A stretch of 59,581 nucleotides of DNA, the filler included, from Squatina squatina (Eukaryota): assembly GCA_031763465.1 (NCBI GenBank). It is 3 parts of 2 records of this genome, joined end to end, with 100 filler letters (N's around TTAATTAATTAA, not from the genome) between each part and the next. Parts side by side here need not be neighbours in the genome. Positions count along the whole stretch, not along the records: positions 1 to 30,782 come from JARFOE010000176.1; 2 more parts are not named here. The stretch is one strand, 5' to 3'. This document shows, in pieces, positions 12,987 through 24,600 of the stretch. Both the position numbers and the translations under genes were made by a program. The notes under the pieces are model-generated. The model was not told where the DNA came from. It searched no databases and was given only the letters and a program-made list of their open reading frames with translations. Position 1 is the first letter of the stretch; every line of letters begins with the position of its first letter.

Positions 12987-13844
12987 CAGGAGAGGGGACC
13001 AGCAGACACAGAGCACGCACATGATGCCCGTCAGCTGGATCAGTGTTTCCACTGTGATCCTCTCCCATTGCTTGTTGGCGGACGGTATCTTCTTCTTACA
13101 GCGAACTAGCAGTCCTCGAATAGTTGCGACGTTGCAGCTCAATGTGACCAACAAAGAGGTGATGCCCAACACGGTGAAAGTCGAAGCAAAAATGGTGTTG
13201 CCCAAGATGTGGTTGCCGGTGTTGATGAAGCACCAAGTCCCCGGCCATTGCAAAGTGTATCTCCCAACCCCGGCAGTGGGCAGCAAGGCGAAGATGACCA
13301 CGCCGACCCAGATGGACACCACCACCAGTTTAGTGAGCCTGGTGGTCAGATGGTTGGAGTAGTAGTGGGGAGCGTGGATGGCCAACGTCCTTTCAACCGC
13401 CATAGCACTGGCTAAAAACAAGGGGCACAGCCCAAATGTGGTCATGGAGACCCCAAAGAAGGCGCACAGGGTGCCGGATGGGTCTACTCTGCTCCACTGT
13501 CTGTTGGCCAGGTACACGGAAATAACGACGGGGCTGATAAGAAGTTTGCCAGTCAGATCGGTGAGAGCCAGAGCTCCAATAATCAGCAGGAAAGACTTCT
13601 TCCTCTTGTTCTCCTTCATATGATACGACCTGTACACCAGCAGCAAGGCGAGCGTGTTGCCCACGATGCCGGTGACCATCATGGTGACTGGGAAGACCAC
13701 GGACACCGACACACACTCCGCCGCGCTCACCGACGACTTGTTGCTGCGCTGCCCGGAGCTGGAGTTGTTGCTGCCGCCCCACATGGTCTCCTCCACCGAC
13801 TGGTTCCACTGGCCGGGCTGAGAGTCGAAGCAGACCGAGCCCAT
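12987..13844 (-). CDS. PTGER3: Prostaglandin E2 receptor EP3, exon 1 (N-terminus to TM6)
   Basis: 286 codons; [25 protein letters not shown] and CWSPLL|gtaagt; intron at the conserved TM6 position; start ATG inferred. Confidence 0.95.
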
Positions 13845-14483
13845 CACCGGTATCGGAGAGCTGAGTTGCAACCCAGTTTTATCCCGCTTGGCGACCTGTT
13901 GGTTTGGAGCCTGGCACTTGCACAGCCAATGACCGCGGTGTTCGCTTCCGAATTATAACCGAGGGAGGCGTGTTCTCCAACACAGCCAACCTCGTCACTT
14001 GGATCGATCAGAGAGCAGCGGATCTTTTAGTGGAGGGGAGGAGGCGGGTCGGAAGAATGGGTCAACTATAATTGACACAAATATTTTCAAATTACAACAG
14101 TGACTACACTTCAAAAGTACTCCACTGGCTGCAAAGAGCGTTGAGACATCCTAAGGTCTTTAAATGAACTTTCGAAGAGATTAAGCATTAGATCACACTG
14201 ACCGGTATCAATGACATGCTACATACCCCACCCCCACGGCAATGCTCCTTAATGATGATGCCTGTGTCCAACTTACATTCCAGCTTCCAGCAACCAATAC
14301 TTTAACACCAGTCATCATCTGGTGCATTTTGGTACAGTTCGTTATTCCGTTCACAATCATCTTGGGGCATATTTAATCGGCTGNNNNNNNNNNNNNNNNN
14401 NNNNNNNNNNNNNNNNNNNNNNNNNNNNNNNNNNNNNNNNNNNNNNNNNNNNNNNNNNNNNNNNNNNNNNNNNNNNNNNNNNN

Positions 14484-14620
14484 GCCGCGCTCCCTCAGTA
14501 CTGCCCCTCTGACACTGCGACACTCCCTCTGTACTGCCCCTCTGACACTGCGACACTCACTCAGGACTCCCCCTCCGACAGTGCGACACTCACTCAGGAC
14601 TCCCCCTCTGACAGTGCGGT
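14484..14620. repeat. About 33-bp tandem repeat derived from the SINE core (cactccctcagtactgcccctctgacactgcga)
   Basis: About 4 visible units abutting a gap; unit resembles the reverse complement of the SINE motif cagtactgagggagtgctgcactgtc. Confidence 0.8.
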
Positions 14621-14819
14621 GTGTATTTAATTGTATTTTGAAAATAAATATATAGATCAAAAGGAGTGCATATCTGAAGCATACCCAATTTCTCCAGCAA
14701 AACATTAGCCTCACTTTAATAAGCCACAGCAGAAAGAACCACCTCACCAAGAATATTTTTGTTTTAAGAAAAATTACTCAACTCAAAACACAATAAATGC
14801 AATTAGACAAATTTAATTC

Positions 14820-16335
14820 AAACCACTTATTTTTTCTTTTTATTGGTGCTTGAACATGACATGTGATAAAGAACGATTGGAAGATTTATTTACATACACA
14901 TGGTCTACAAAGTATTTTTCTGGTCTCCAATGAAAACTATTACACAGGGCTAGATGAACAAGCTGATGACCTTAAGCAAATTAAGTCACTTTTACCATTT
15001 ACAAATATCCCAAACTTCTAACTAATGAAGTTACCAAAGCCCCACCCAGATATTAGCATCCAATTAAGTGGCCTCAGCTAAATTTCTCTTTAAATACAGG
15101 AATAGACTATTATAGGCAGTCAAAATTTAAAGGCAGACAAAATTCTGTAGAATTTTGAATACAACTTGTTTTGATAAAACTACAGGCTTGAAAATGCAAT
15201 GAAATTATTTTCCACTCCTTACTTCATGTGATCCTGTAAATTTAACTACAATGCACATTAATGCCACTGTCTATGAAGATCTTGTTGCCCATGAAAGTCA
15301 CTAATACATCTATGCTCAGAGGAATCCTGCACAAATCAGATCTTCAATATTTCTGGAGTTGAATCCCAAAAACTGCAATACTGGCCACCTGTTCAAGTTG
15401 ATTTTATACAAACTACAAATAGGAACGGAAGGGTAGATTTGCTGGTTCTGAAAGAAGGTGTTAGAGATTAAAACTGTAAAATCTTAAGAAACTAGATCAC
15501 TTATGCAATAAAGTGTATGCCCTGAAATTAAAAAAGCAAACCCTTACTTGTCTAACTTGTCTGGTGCCTGTAAAATAATCAAACAAAACAAAAACTGAAG
15601 AAAAAAGATCCAACAAAAACAATGTCTACATTTGCACCAAGCAGGCAATTAACATTTACAAACAAAAAATGTTAGCATTTTTGCAGAATACTTACCTTCG
15701 TCTACCATCTAAAATAGCTGAAACCACCTTTGGAGTTCTGAAAAGCAGAGCTTCTGTTTGATGGTGCAAATACTATTTTCTTCTAACCAGGTTTAAGATG
15801 AGGTATATTAAGCCATAACAATTCATCAAGAATGGAAGACAATTGATGATTTATTTTGAAAGATAAAAAAATCCTCAAGATCTGTCAGATATACTCAATG
15901 TTTTAAACATTTAAAAATGGTTGCAGATTGAAAATACACTAATGCATTCAGAGAGGAAAATGGTTTTAAAAAAGTGTAAATATCAGATATTGTGTGCTCA
16001 ATTGGTCAAATGTGGAACACTTTTAGTTTTTTATTTTTTTATTTTATTTTTAAGATCAGTGTCAGCATCCCCAGATGTGTAAAGCTCTGATTAGCTAGCG
16101 CCATTCTGTCCCAAAAGTGGATCTGAAATTATTGTTCTAGAAGACTTTTCCTACAATATCCATTTCTTACACCAGCCGCTGTGGCTTCTGTGCCAGACTG
16201 ACCATCAGTAGGCAATTTTTGCTGTGGTATCCACCAAGAACTGCATCAAAACTGCTCAAGCCCTTTTCACTTTGGCACCTATGTTTAAATCCAGTCCAGG
16301 ACAGTGTGAAAAACACCCCCCTGAATTCAAGGATC
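14820..16335 (-). other. Probable non-coding terminal exon / 3' UTR on the minus strand (ZRANB2 side)
   Basis: Acceptor ctccttttatttcag at 16336; AT-rich, repeat-free sequence; AATAAA on the minus strand at 14839-14844. Confidence 0.4.
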
Positions 16336-17054
16336 CTGAAATAAAAGGAGAACCATTCAATGCCGTTCCATACAGTTTTTTAAAACTTAAATTTTAAATC
16401 TAAATTTCTGTTTCCAAGTACATCAAAAATAACTGAACACAATTTAAAAATTAAGTATCCTCATAAGGCTGCAGATTTCTGCAATTTTCCCTACCAACCC
16501 TTTAGAGGGCAAGGTAAATGGAAAGCTGCAAAGCTGTTTTATAATCAACAATAGGAAGATGCTGCACACAGAAATAATAACTTAATCAAAAAAAAAATGA
16601 ATATAAACCATTACTGATCAATGTGCTATATATATTTGTGATGATCTTACCCAGAAATTCATACTGGTTTTGAGCACAGACATGAGCTGAGGCTCTCACA
16701 TAACTGTGAGGCTGCATCATGTCAATCTATTGAGTACTGGCACTTTAAAACATCATTGAGTGCTCATCCCGATTAGGAATTAAATGTGGGAGCATTTAGC
16801 TAATTATACTCTGATCCTTCCAATAGCACTTCCTCTCAAAGAAAACTTGCATACATGCAGAATCAGTACTACAGATCTCATATAGCGCTTTGTGTGCATT
16901 GTGATCAATTATTCATAAGCTATTGTGATGTTTTTGTTACCGTTGTAACACTTCACCAGCAGAAACCTAAATTCTGCATTTGGCACAAGAACAACAATCT
17001 ATATCTTGGAGAAAGAACTAATGTGTTTAGGAACGCACCTCTGGCACAAAAATA

Positions 17055-17169
17055 AAACAGGAAAGGTGGCTCAACCGTGGCTTACAAGGGAGGTTAGGGA
17101 TAGCATTAGATCCAAGGAGGAGACATATAAATTGGCCAAAAAAAGCAGTAAATCTGAGGATTGGGAGCA
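17055..17169 (+). mobile_element. CR1 LINE ORF2 fragment
   Basis: QPWLTREVRDSIRSKEETYKLAKKSSKSEDWE, the CR1 linker region between endonuclease and RT. Confidence 0.8.
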
Positions 17170-18047
17170 NNNNNNNNNNNNNNNNNNNNNNNNNNNNNNN
17201 NNNNNNNNNNNNNNNNNNNNNNNNNNNNNNNNNNNNNNNNNNNNNNNNNNNNNNNNNNNNNNNNNNNNNAGAGCTACAGGATTCTGGAAAACATACTATT
17301 TGCTGGAGATTCAGATTTCCCAACTGACAGCATGATTTTCCAGGGTCCTACAACTCTGGTGTGCCTCTCAGACTGGTTTCAATTTGCTTTCTCTCCAGTC
17401 TCCTATGCAAAGCACAAGGATCACTTTAAAAAAGTGAGCATAGAGGGAGTCCTGATGCAAAGGTGAGAATCCTGGTAAAAACAGATACATTTAATGAAAA
17501 TGGCAATCAAAATTCTGCTGAGTCCAATATTGTATTCTGGTTCACAGTGTGGCAAAGTATTTTGAACAAGTACTCCCCTAGAGTTTCCTATCCCGTTAAA
17601 ACTTCATCTCCTCTAAAGGCCACCTGTAGTTCTGCCACATTTATTGTGTTATTGGTGGTCTGGAAATTGAACAGAAACCCTCTGCACTATGATGCTGTAG
17701 GTGTACAGGTCTATACATAACATACACTTTAAAATTCACTAATCTTCATAGTCCATGTAACGAAAATGCATCAAAATCAGTTTTATGTAGTCCCATGAGA
17801 AAAAATTATGGCTTAATATACAAATTTAACACACCGGGGTACAATTTCTAACAAACTTCTGAAAGCAACAATAGGTTTAAGATTACATCAGCAAGACCTC
17901 ATCAGGAAATAGGCCCAGATTTGTTTTTAAATGTCTTCACAACATCAGATGAATTTGCTCAAGACACTAATAATTTTAAAATAAGTTTCATGCATTTTCC
18001 AGAAATTACTGATTTTTTTTTTTTTAAAAACTGCAGATCTTAAAACA

Positions 18048-18111
18048 TTATTTCTGCTTAGAACTTGAACAGGAGCCTGAGTGAGAGGATCCAGAAGACG
18101 ATCCACTGCGC
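18048..18111 (-). CDS. ZRANB2: ZRANB2 last coding exon (RSGSSSGSSHSGSCSSSKQK*)
   Basis: Acceptor tgtcttttgcag; matches the recalled vertebrate C-terminus RHRSSSGSSHSGSRSSSKKK. Confidence 0.88.
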
Positions 18112-18388
18112 CTGCAAAAGACAAAAAAATCAACAAGGTGCGCAACTGAGTTNNNNNNNNNNNNNNNTGCAGTTCCATCTTGCAAGAAGTAACCCGTCTA
18201 AATTAAGATGCAGAAAATATGCATCATTTACATTATAAAGCTCAACCTGTGAAGCATCCTTCTGACATTTTAATTCCAATAATCTCGTTAACAAAAAGAC
18301 GAGTTTGTGTTATAAATGGGATGGTTTCTGCAGTCCTGTTAAATTCTATTAATCCTGTACGCTAATCTTATTCTACAGAAGCCCAAAC

Positions 18389-18556
18389 CTTTCTGCAGAC
18401 CAAGATCTTGAGTCAGAACGTCTAGTTTTTTTGCGGCCACTGGAGGAAGATGACCTGGAACGGCTTCGTTTTTTGCCTCTTTCAGAGGAAGATGATGATC
18501 GAGAACTTGAGCGAGACCTCTTCCTTGGAGATGAAGACCCCCGGCGTGATCTGGAG
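18389..18556 (-). CDS. ZRANB2: ZRANB2 RS-domain exon (SSRSRRGSSSPRKRSRSSSRSSSSSERGKKRSRSRSSSS...AER)
   Basis: RS-rich translation with the RGSSSPRKRS motif; donor AG|gtttgg; first usable AG at 18558-18557, although homology extends to 18562. Confidence 0.85.
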
Positions 18557-19033
18557 CTGGATTTTGATTGATTGGGAGAAAGTTAGATTTATGCCAAATA
18601 ATATTCCAACAGAATATAGTTTACCTGTTCCTTCAGGGCCCTGCAGATGATGGTTGGTGTCTCCATGATGGCGAACTACCAAACAGCCCTGAAAATCGCA
18701 CAGGTGACATGAAGATAGGTNNNNNNNNNNNNNNNNNNNNNNNNNNNNNNNNNNNNNNNNNNNNNNNNNNNNNNNNNNNNNNNNNNNNNNNNNNNNNNNN
18801 NNNNNNNNNNNNNNNNNNNNATCCCGAAATTGCAGTCAGTCATTGACAGCTCCGAAACAAGCTGTGTTGTGTCTCTCCTTTCTCTCTCTCCTTTCCCCTG
18901 CCCCCCAACTCCCCCGGCAACCACAGAGTCGGCAATCTGTGTAATCAGCCAAATCAGGGAACCTGACTAAAACATCGGCTCTTCCACACTAAGTCCACTG
19001 TTAAATTCCCCATTAAAAGTTAAACCCAGAGGG

Positions 19034-19411
19034 CAGGGTGACCAAACATCTCGATTTTGCCGGGACAGTCCCGGATTTTCAGGAAATGTCCCGGTGTACC
19101 GACAATTGTTTCAAAATTGCACAAATGTTCCATTTTCTGTGCTCACTCGACTCCCGGCAGAGAACTCACAGTACATGCGCAGTCCCGGCAGAGAAGTGAC
19201 TGCATATGCGCAGTCCCGGCGGAGAAGTGACTGCGTATGCGCAGTCCCGGCGGAGAACTGATAGCGCATGCGCAGTCCCGGCAGAGAAGTGACTGCATAT
19301 GCGCAGTCCCGGCGGAGAACTGACTGCGTATACGCAGTCCCGGAGGAGAACTGACTGCGCCTGTGCAGACTGATTGTCCCGGTTTGCCAATGTTAAGGTC
19401 TGGTCACCCTA
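19034..19411. mobile_element. hAT (Blackjack-like) MITE with internal minisatellite
   Basis: TIRs CAGGGTGACCA ... TGGTCACCCTA; subterminal gggacagtcccgg / tgtcccgg motifs; imperfect 8-bp TSD ccagaggg / gcagaggt. Confidence 0.75.
19152..19368. repeat. 7 x 31-bp tandem repeat ([31 protein letters not shown])
   Basis: Seven contiguous units counted directly. Confidence 0.92.
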
Positions 19412-20528
19412 GCAGAGGTGAGGCTGCTATCCACTGAGCCAAGGCAGTAAGGACCAACGCAAACCTCTACAAAAGGAAAAACGGAGGGGGGGGGTCCACA
19501 GACACCTGCTGTTCACACATCACACTGTGGGCCAAATAACAATGTGGTGGACCTGTTGGCCAATCAACAAATGCACATTGTTGCTTACACATGTGAGAGT
19601 CGGTGATACAGAATCCTCAAGGGTTTAAGTGCAGGATTTCACAAAGTGGTCATTGTCTTCCTGCAGCGAGGTTGTCAGTTCATAGTGTTCTCTAATGGAA
19701 CTGTCTGGTTCTTATCTGTGAGCAGCTTGTCAACAAATAGAACATGTTGTCAAGGGAGACCTGAAAGGGAAAGAAACTTGCTGTGTGTCAGAAGATCACA
19801 TTGTCCTCACTGAATATGTCTGCTGGATGCACTTGTTGGAGCTTTCACAACAAGTCATGCAGCTGTGTGTTACTTATTGAGGACAGGATTCATCTTTAGC
19901 AAAAACGTCCTTCCCTCACTGTAGGAGGGAGTATAGCCATTTGCCTTTTCTAAAAATCCATCTTCACTTGCACTAAATTTCAGGCATTTTCGCCAATATA
20001 TACTATTAGTGTGGACAACTCCAGCAAGCATCTGGTGACACTGCTAAGTGTGCATGATTTCATTCTCTAAATAGACATACTAATGCAGCAGCTACTGTTG
20101 CATTGTCACACCGTCCATAAATTAACATACAAGGAAACTTATTGGCTATGGTATGTGTGCTTGGAACTCCCACATCCTCACTTGCCTAGGTTGCCATGAC
20201 AATCCCATTTTGCTTCATCTAGATGCCATGTAATAAGCGTTTTTAAAAAAGGTTTCAACTATTTTTGCCATTTCTTTAACACTACATTCAATTGTCATTT
20301 ACATTACCCAACTAGTAACATTGTCACATTTAACTGTTATTCATGCAAAATTTTATATGCACCCACTAGATAAATACCACACTCAGCATACATCCAACAA
20401 GTGTAAATATTTATAGTTTATGGTCCTAAAAAAGTTCATTAAAGCTACACCAATCCAACTAGTTTTACTGCTTCAGTATTAAAATTATGCAGTAGAGACA
20501 TACAAGGAAAAAAGTTGAAGAAACTTAC

Positions 20529-20624
20529 TGTAAGGTTGTCTCTAAGCAACTGCATAATGAGGGTGCTGTCTTTATAGGAATCATCACTGATAATATCCAG
20601 ATTGCCAATAGCCAGATCAAATGC
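20529..20624 (-). CDS. 14-3-3 family exon ([32 protein letters not shown]), beta/zeta/theta-type exon structure
   Basis: 96-nt phase 0-0 exon, tttgtttgtctgctag / gtaagt; contains the invariant [17 protein letters not shown] signature; not in the ORF track. Confidence 0.92.
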
Positions 20625-21103
20625 CTAGCAGACAAACAAAATCAAGGATGTTAGACAAAGAAAATTGCATAATTTCTTCTGTAGATACTACTGCTACTTC
20701 CTGTCGATTCAGGTTACCAATCTTGAAGGACTTGGCTGTGGGAAGGGAAGGTCAATAACACTTGACACGGTTAAGCCAGATTAGTCATGTACCAGGTGCA
20801 TTCATCTATAGTCCTCAGACTATAGGGTACAAAGAAGGGAGCTGGGGAACAGTGCTGAGACTGTTGAATGATTTGGCAGGGATAAGGATGTTAAATGTTG
20901 AAAAGAAAGAGCAGTTTAGCAATAGAGTGATGTTATGACAGGAGGGCAAGCTGGAAGTTAGAGAATGAATTGGTGAGGGAGCTGCAGGGCAGTTCTTCCA
21001 GGGGCGAAGGACACGGGTAACAGGGTTTGAAAAGGCGGAGTGACACGGAAAGCAACTAAGATGAGTAAAAAGGACAGACAGCTACATCTGTGATCGAGAC
21101 AGT

Positions 21104-21258
21104 ACATAAGAAATAGGAACAGGAGTAGGCCATTCAGCCCCTCGATCCTGTTCCGCCATTCAATAAAATCATGGCTGATCTTCTACCTCAACTCCACTTG
21201 CCTGCACTATCCCCATATCCCTAGATTCCCTCAATATTCAAAAATCTATTGATCTGTC
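21104..21258 (-). mobile_element. CR1-type 3' tail fragment (similar copies at about 54830-54968 and 57935-58052)
   Basis: acataagaaataggaacaggagtaggccattcagcccctcga...atcatggctgatc motif repeated across the window. Confidence 0.75.
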
Positions 21259-21551
21259 AAAACTGCATCAGGGGCTCTCGTTTCTGGCCAGTGTCCGCNN
21301 NNNNNNNNACCATGCCCAAATTTGGGAATCTTCATGTTACAGCAAAATAGCAGTTCTCCCGGGAGTCCAAAATCGATATTTCAACAAGTAAAATTTCTTC
21401 AAATCCTGCCTATTAAAATAAAAGCATCCCTAGCGCTAATTCTAAAACAAGCAGAACTAGCATTGGTCGGAAACCAGCATTACTGTACAAGGCCATTACA
21501 TCAAGTTGTTTTACATTAAAAAAATTGTCTCCTAAAATGTCTACGTATTAC

Positions 21552-21628
21552 CTCATCATACTCATCATCAGATTCTTCACGCTCAATGTATTCTACATTT
21601 TCTCTTTCATTAAATCCACCTCCGTATC
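21552..21628 (-). CDS. ZRANB2: ZRANB2 exon (GYGGGFNERENVEYIEREESDDEYDE)
   Basis: 77-nt exon, tttctgacag / gtaata; nearly identical to the recalled vertebrate ZRANB2 sequence. Confidence 0.95.
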
Positions 21629-24600
21629 CTGTCAGAAATGAAAAGATAATACAATCATTTTTTTAAAAAATTGATCAAATGTAGTTTAAGGATTAAGCTA
21701 ATGTTGCAAAACTACATTCCAAAGACATTGTACATTTTACTAGGGGAGATTATTATGCATACGGGATCTATTTTTTTTTTTAATATAAAAGTGCCCAGGG
21801 AATAATGAGTCTAAATAAGTATTCGCAGATTATTATTTGATTATGCATTGACACAACAAAGATTAAACTCTCAAATGCAAGATCATGTGACAAATAGNNN
21901 NNNNNNNNNNNNNNNNNNNNNNNNNNNNNNNNNNNNNNNNNNNNNNNNNNNNNNNNNNNNNNNNNNNNNNNNNNNNNNNNNNNNNNNNNNNNNNNNNTAC
22001 CCGTGCATGTTTTGGGGGCTATCAAATTTAACCCCATACATTTTTTATATATATCCTTTCCTTCATAGCAGTGTTAAAAATAGAGAAATCCTGTAGGTGG
22101 CGCTCTTGTGGTAACATCTGCCCAGAGTAAACAAAATATGAAAGGTCATTTGTACCCAGTATGGTTTTCTATATGGGAAAATGATGTCTTGTTAAAGAGA
22201 ACTACAGCTAATTTCCCACAGCCTTTAATTTATTCTGCACACAGTGTTATTCTCAAACCTTAATTTGGTGATATTTGCATATACATAGCTTCAGGTATTT
22301 TTTCAGATATTTTTTGGTCCATGTCAAGAATCCTAATTCTATTCTCGAGCCCTAGACCTGTAATTTTTCCTTATATTTACATTTCCAGTTAAAGCTTCTG
22401 ATGCTCAAACCATATTGTATATAATGGTAACTGGTGGAGACATTTCGTTACAACCAATTTAATCTTCTGTCATGATTGTTTTGCTTGGCTTAATCTGATC
22501 CCAGTAAGGTTCTGTCCAGGATTATCCATTTATATTGTAATCTACTGATTAATTCGAGAGGATTAAACTCTGATTTGTTAACAACCCTTCATCCTTTGTA
22601 GGAGGTCAGTACTTGAGCTGAGGTGTGGCACATCATACAGTCTACTGCAGTAATGTGCATGTTACAGCTGAAATGTCATATTCTGCTTTTTGAAAACAGC
22701 TTTCCATTTTAATACTGAGTTGCTATGGAGATATTTTAACAAGTCTGTTTACAGCACAGGGCTTGTGATCNNNNNNNNNNNNNNNNNNNNNNNNNNNNNN
22801 NNNNNNNNNNNNNNNNNNNNNNNNNNNNNNNNNNNNNNNNNNNNNNNNNNNNNNNNNNNNNNNNNNNNNNTACTTTGTGCGCACTCTATAAACTGCGATC
22901 TTAAAAACATTTAACTGTAATTCTAAACTGCACTATACAACAAGAATTGCTGCAGTAACATTGCAAAACAGTGCAACCCTACACTTGTCAAATCGATTCA
23001 AACTGTACATAGATAGGGCATTTTACATTTATCAACATCACCATCACCTTACAGTAAAGCAATAATGAACTCCAAAGGTGTGTATTACTGGGATGTAAGG
23101 CAGAGCAGAATTTACTCTTTATTTGTTGGAGTAGTGGTATTCATAAGACAGTTGGGGTGATTTGCAGCCCCCTTTCTTCCTCATCTGTTAACCTTTAGCA
23201 GATTTGCTGTTCCCTTTGCCTCTGGGCCTTTGTTCATGATCTGCCCTGTTATGGGATGTTGCCGAAGGTTGGACTGAATGCTGTTCCTGCTTGTTTTCTT
23301 GCTCTCCAGCAAAAGAAGGTAAGGGAGTGCTATTAGGAGGCAGAGTTAGCTCAGATTTCATACAGCAAGTATCCTATTAAAATAGATCTATTTAATAAAA
23401 CTTTATTAGTCCTGCTTTCTTCCTGTGGGGAAGTGTATGATGGCCTTCACTTGGCAACTACCCACAGTGACATGATTTAAATCAGGAACTCACTGTGCGA
23501 GGAATTACAAGTACAGATGTGCAGCCCTTCACCTCATGGTGAGTGGCCCTTGAGCAAGGTATCAGTTGGATTTGAGGCTCTGAATTAAAGTTAGTAACAC
23601 TGCACTGAAGTTGTCTTGTGTTAGTTCATTTGCCAACTCAGACTTACACTTAATACTTAAAATGAACTGGAATCCTATCGAATACAAATGCTGAATATCA
23701 TAAGTAATAAATGGCACAATACACCAGAAAGTAAACTTTTCGATAGTGTTTTCATGTTATCAAGATCCAAGTCTTGTGAAATGTTACTTAACAACAAGAT
23801 GGACGAGCTCATTTTATAGCCTTTGAACATTTGGCTTTACAAAAATGGTATTTATTTTCTTTTCTTATTGGAATTTCAACAGGTAATATTTATTATGGGT
23901 GCGGAATAATCATAAAATAATGTCGTGATTTCTCACTTAAAGTGTCAAAAATCACTGTTTTGATCATAGTGTTTTCAGTAGGTGTATTGTTTTGCACATT
24001 TCCATAAATATGCTGTCGCAAAAAGTTGTCCTGAAGCCAACAATGCTGTGTGAGATGCTTCTTGTGATATATAAGATATTCTGAATTCATAGAAATATAG
24101 AAACAATCACCTCAATTGCTTCCATCATCAACACAACGAGTGAAAGGTCTGTAACCACCAGCACACTTGAACCTTGAGCACACTTGAGTTATACAGCTCA
24201 AAATACTCTTTCAAAGTTTGGAAGAACAACAGCCTATAATTTTTCATAGTGCTAGCAAACTAATATGAAAACTTCACATCCCTGCCATTGGGATTTAATG
24301 AAATCTTAACAACAACATTAATTCCATTTAACGATAAATGACTTTTCTGCAACTTGCCACTACATGTCCATTCTGTATACTTGTATAATATGCTCTTTCT
24401 GCTTCTTGTTAGTTTTGTTTACTTCTAGCAATATTGCAATGAAATAATAAACCGATGCTGCAAATCAATCATGTAACACACACATCACCGATAGTAATAG
24501 CAAGGAGTACAAGAAGTAATGTGGTATCCTGTGGTTACACTACAAACATATGACCTGCAATACCTTATTATAGACTGCTACTTTAATCTAATGCTCTACT

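Noticed and set aside
13021-13958. Overlapping plus-strand and alternate-frame ORFs over PTGER3 exon 1
   Set aside because: Shadow ORFs of a GC-rich coding exon
16671-16766. Possible C/D snoRNA on the minus strand (tgagcac...gtgctca terminal stem with ATGATG)
   Set aside because: The C box is imperfect and there is no CTGA D box next to the stem
19152-19368. 31-bp repeat arrays as CRISPR (also 41436-41660)
   Set aside because: Units are head-to-tail with no unique spacers, the context is vertebrate, and there are no cas genes
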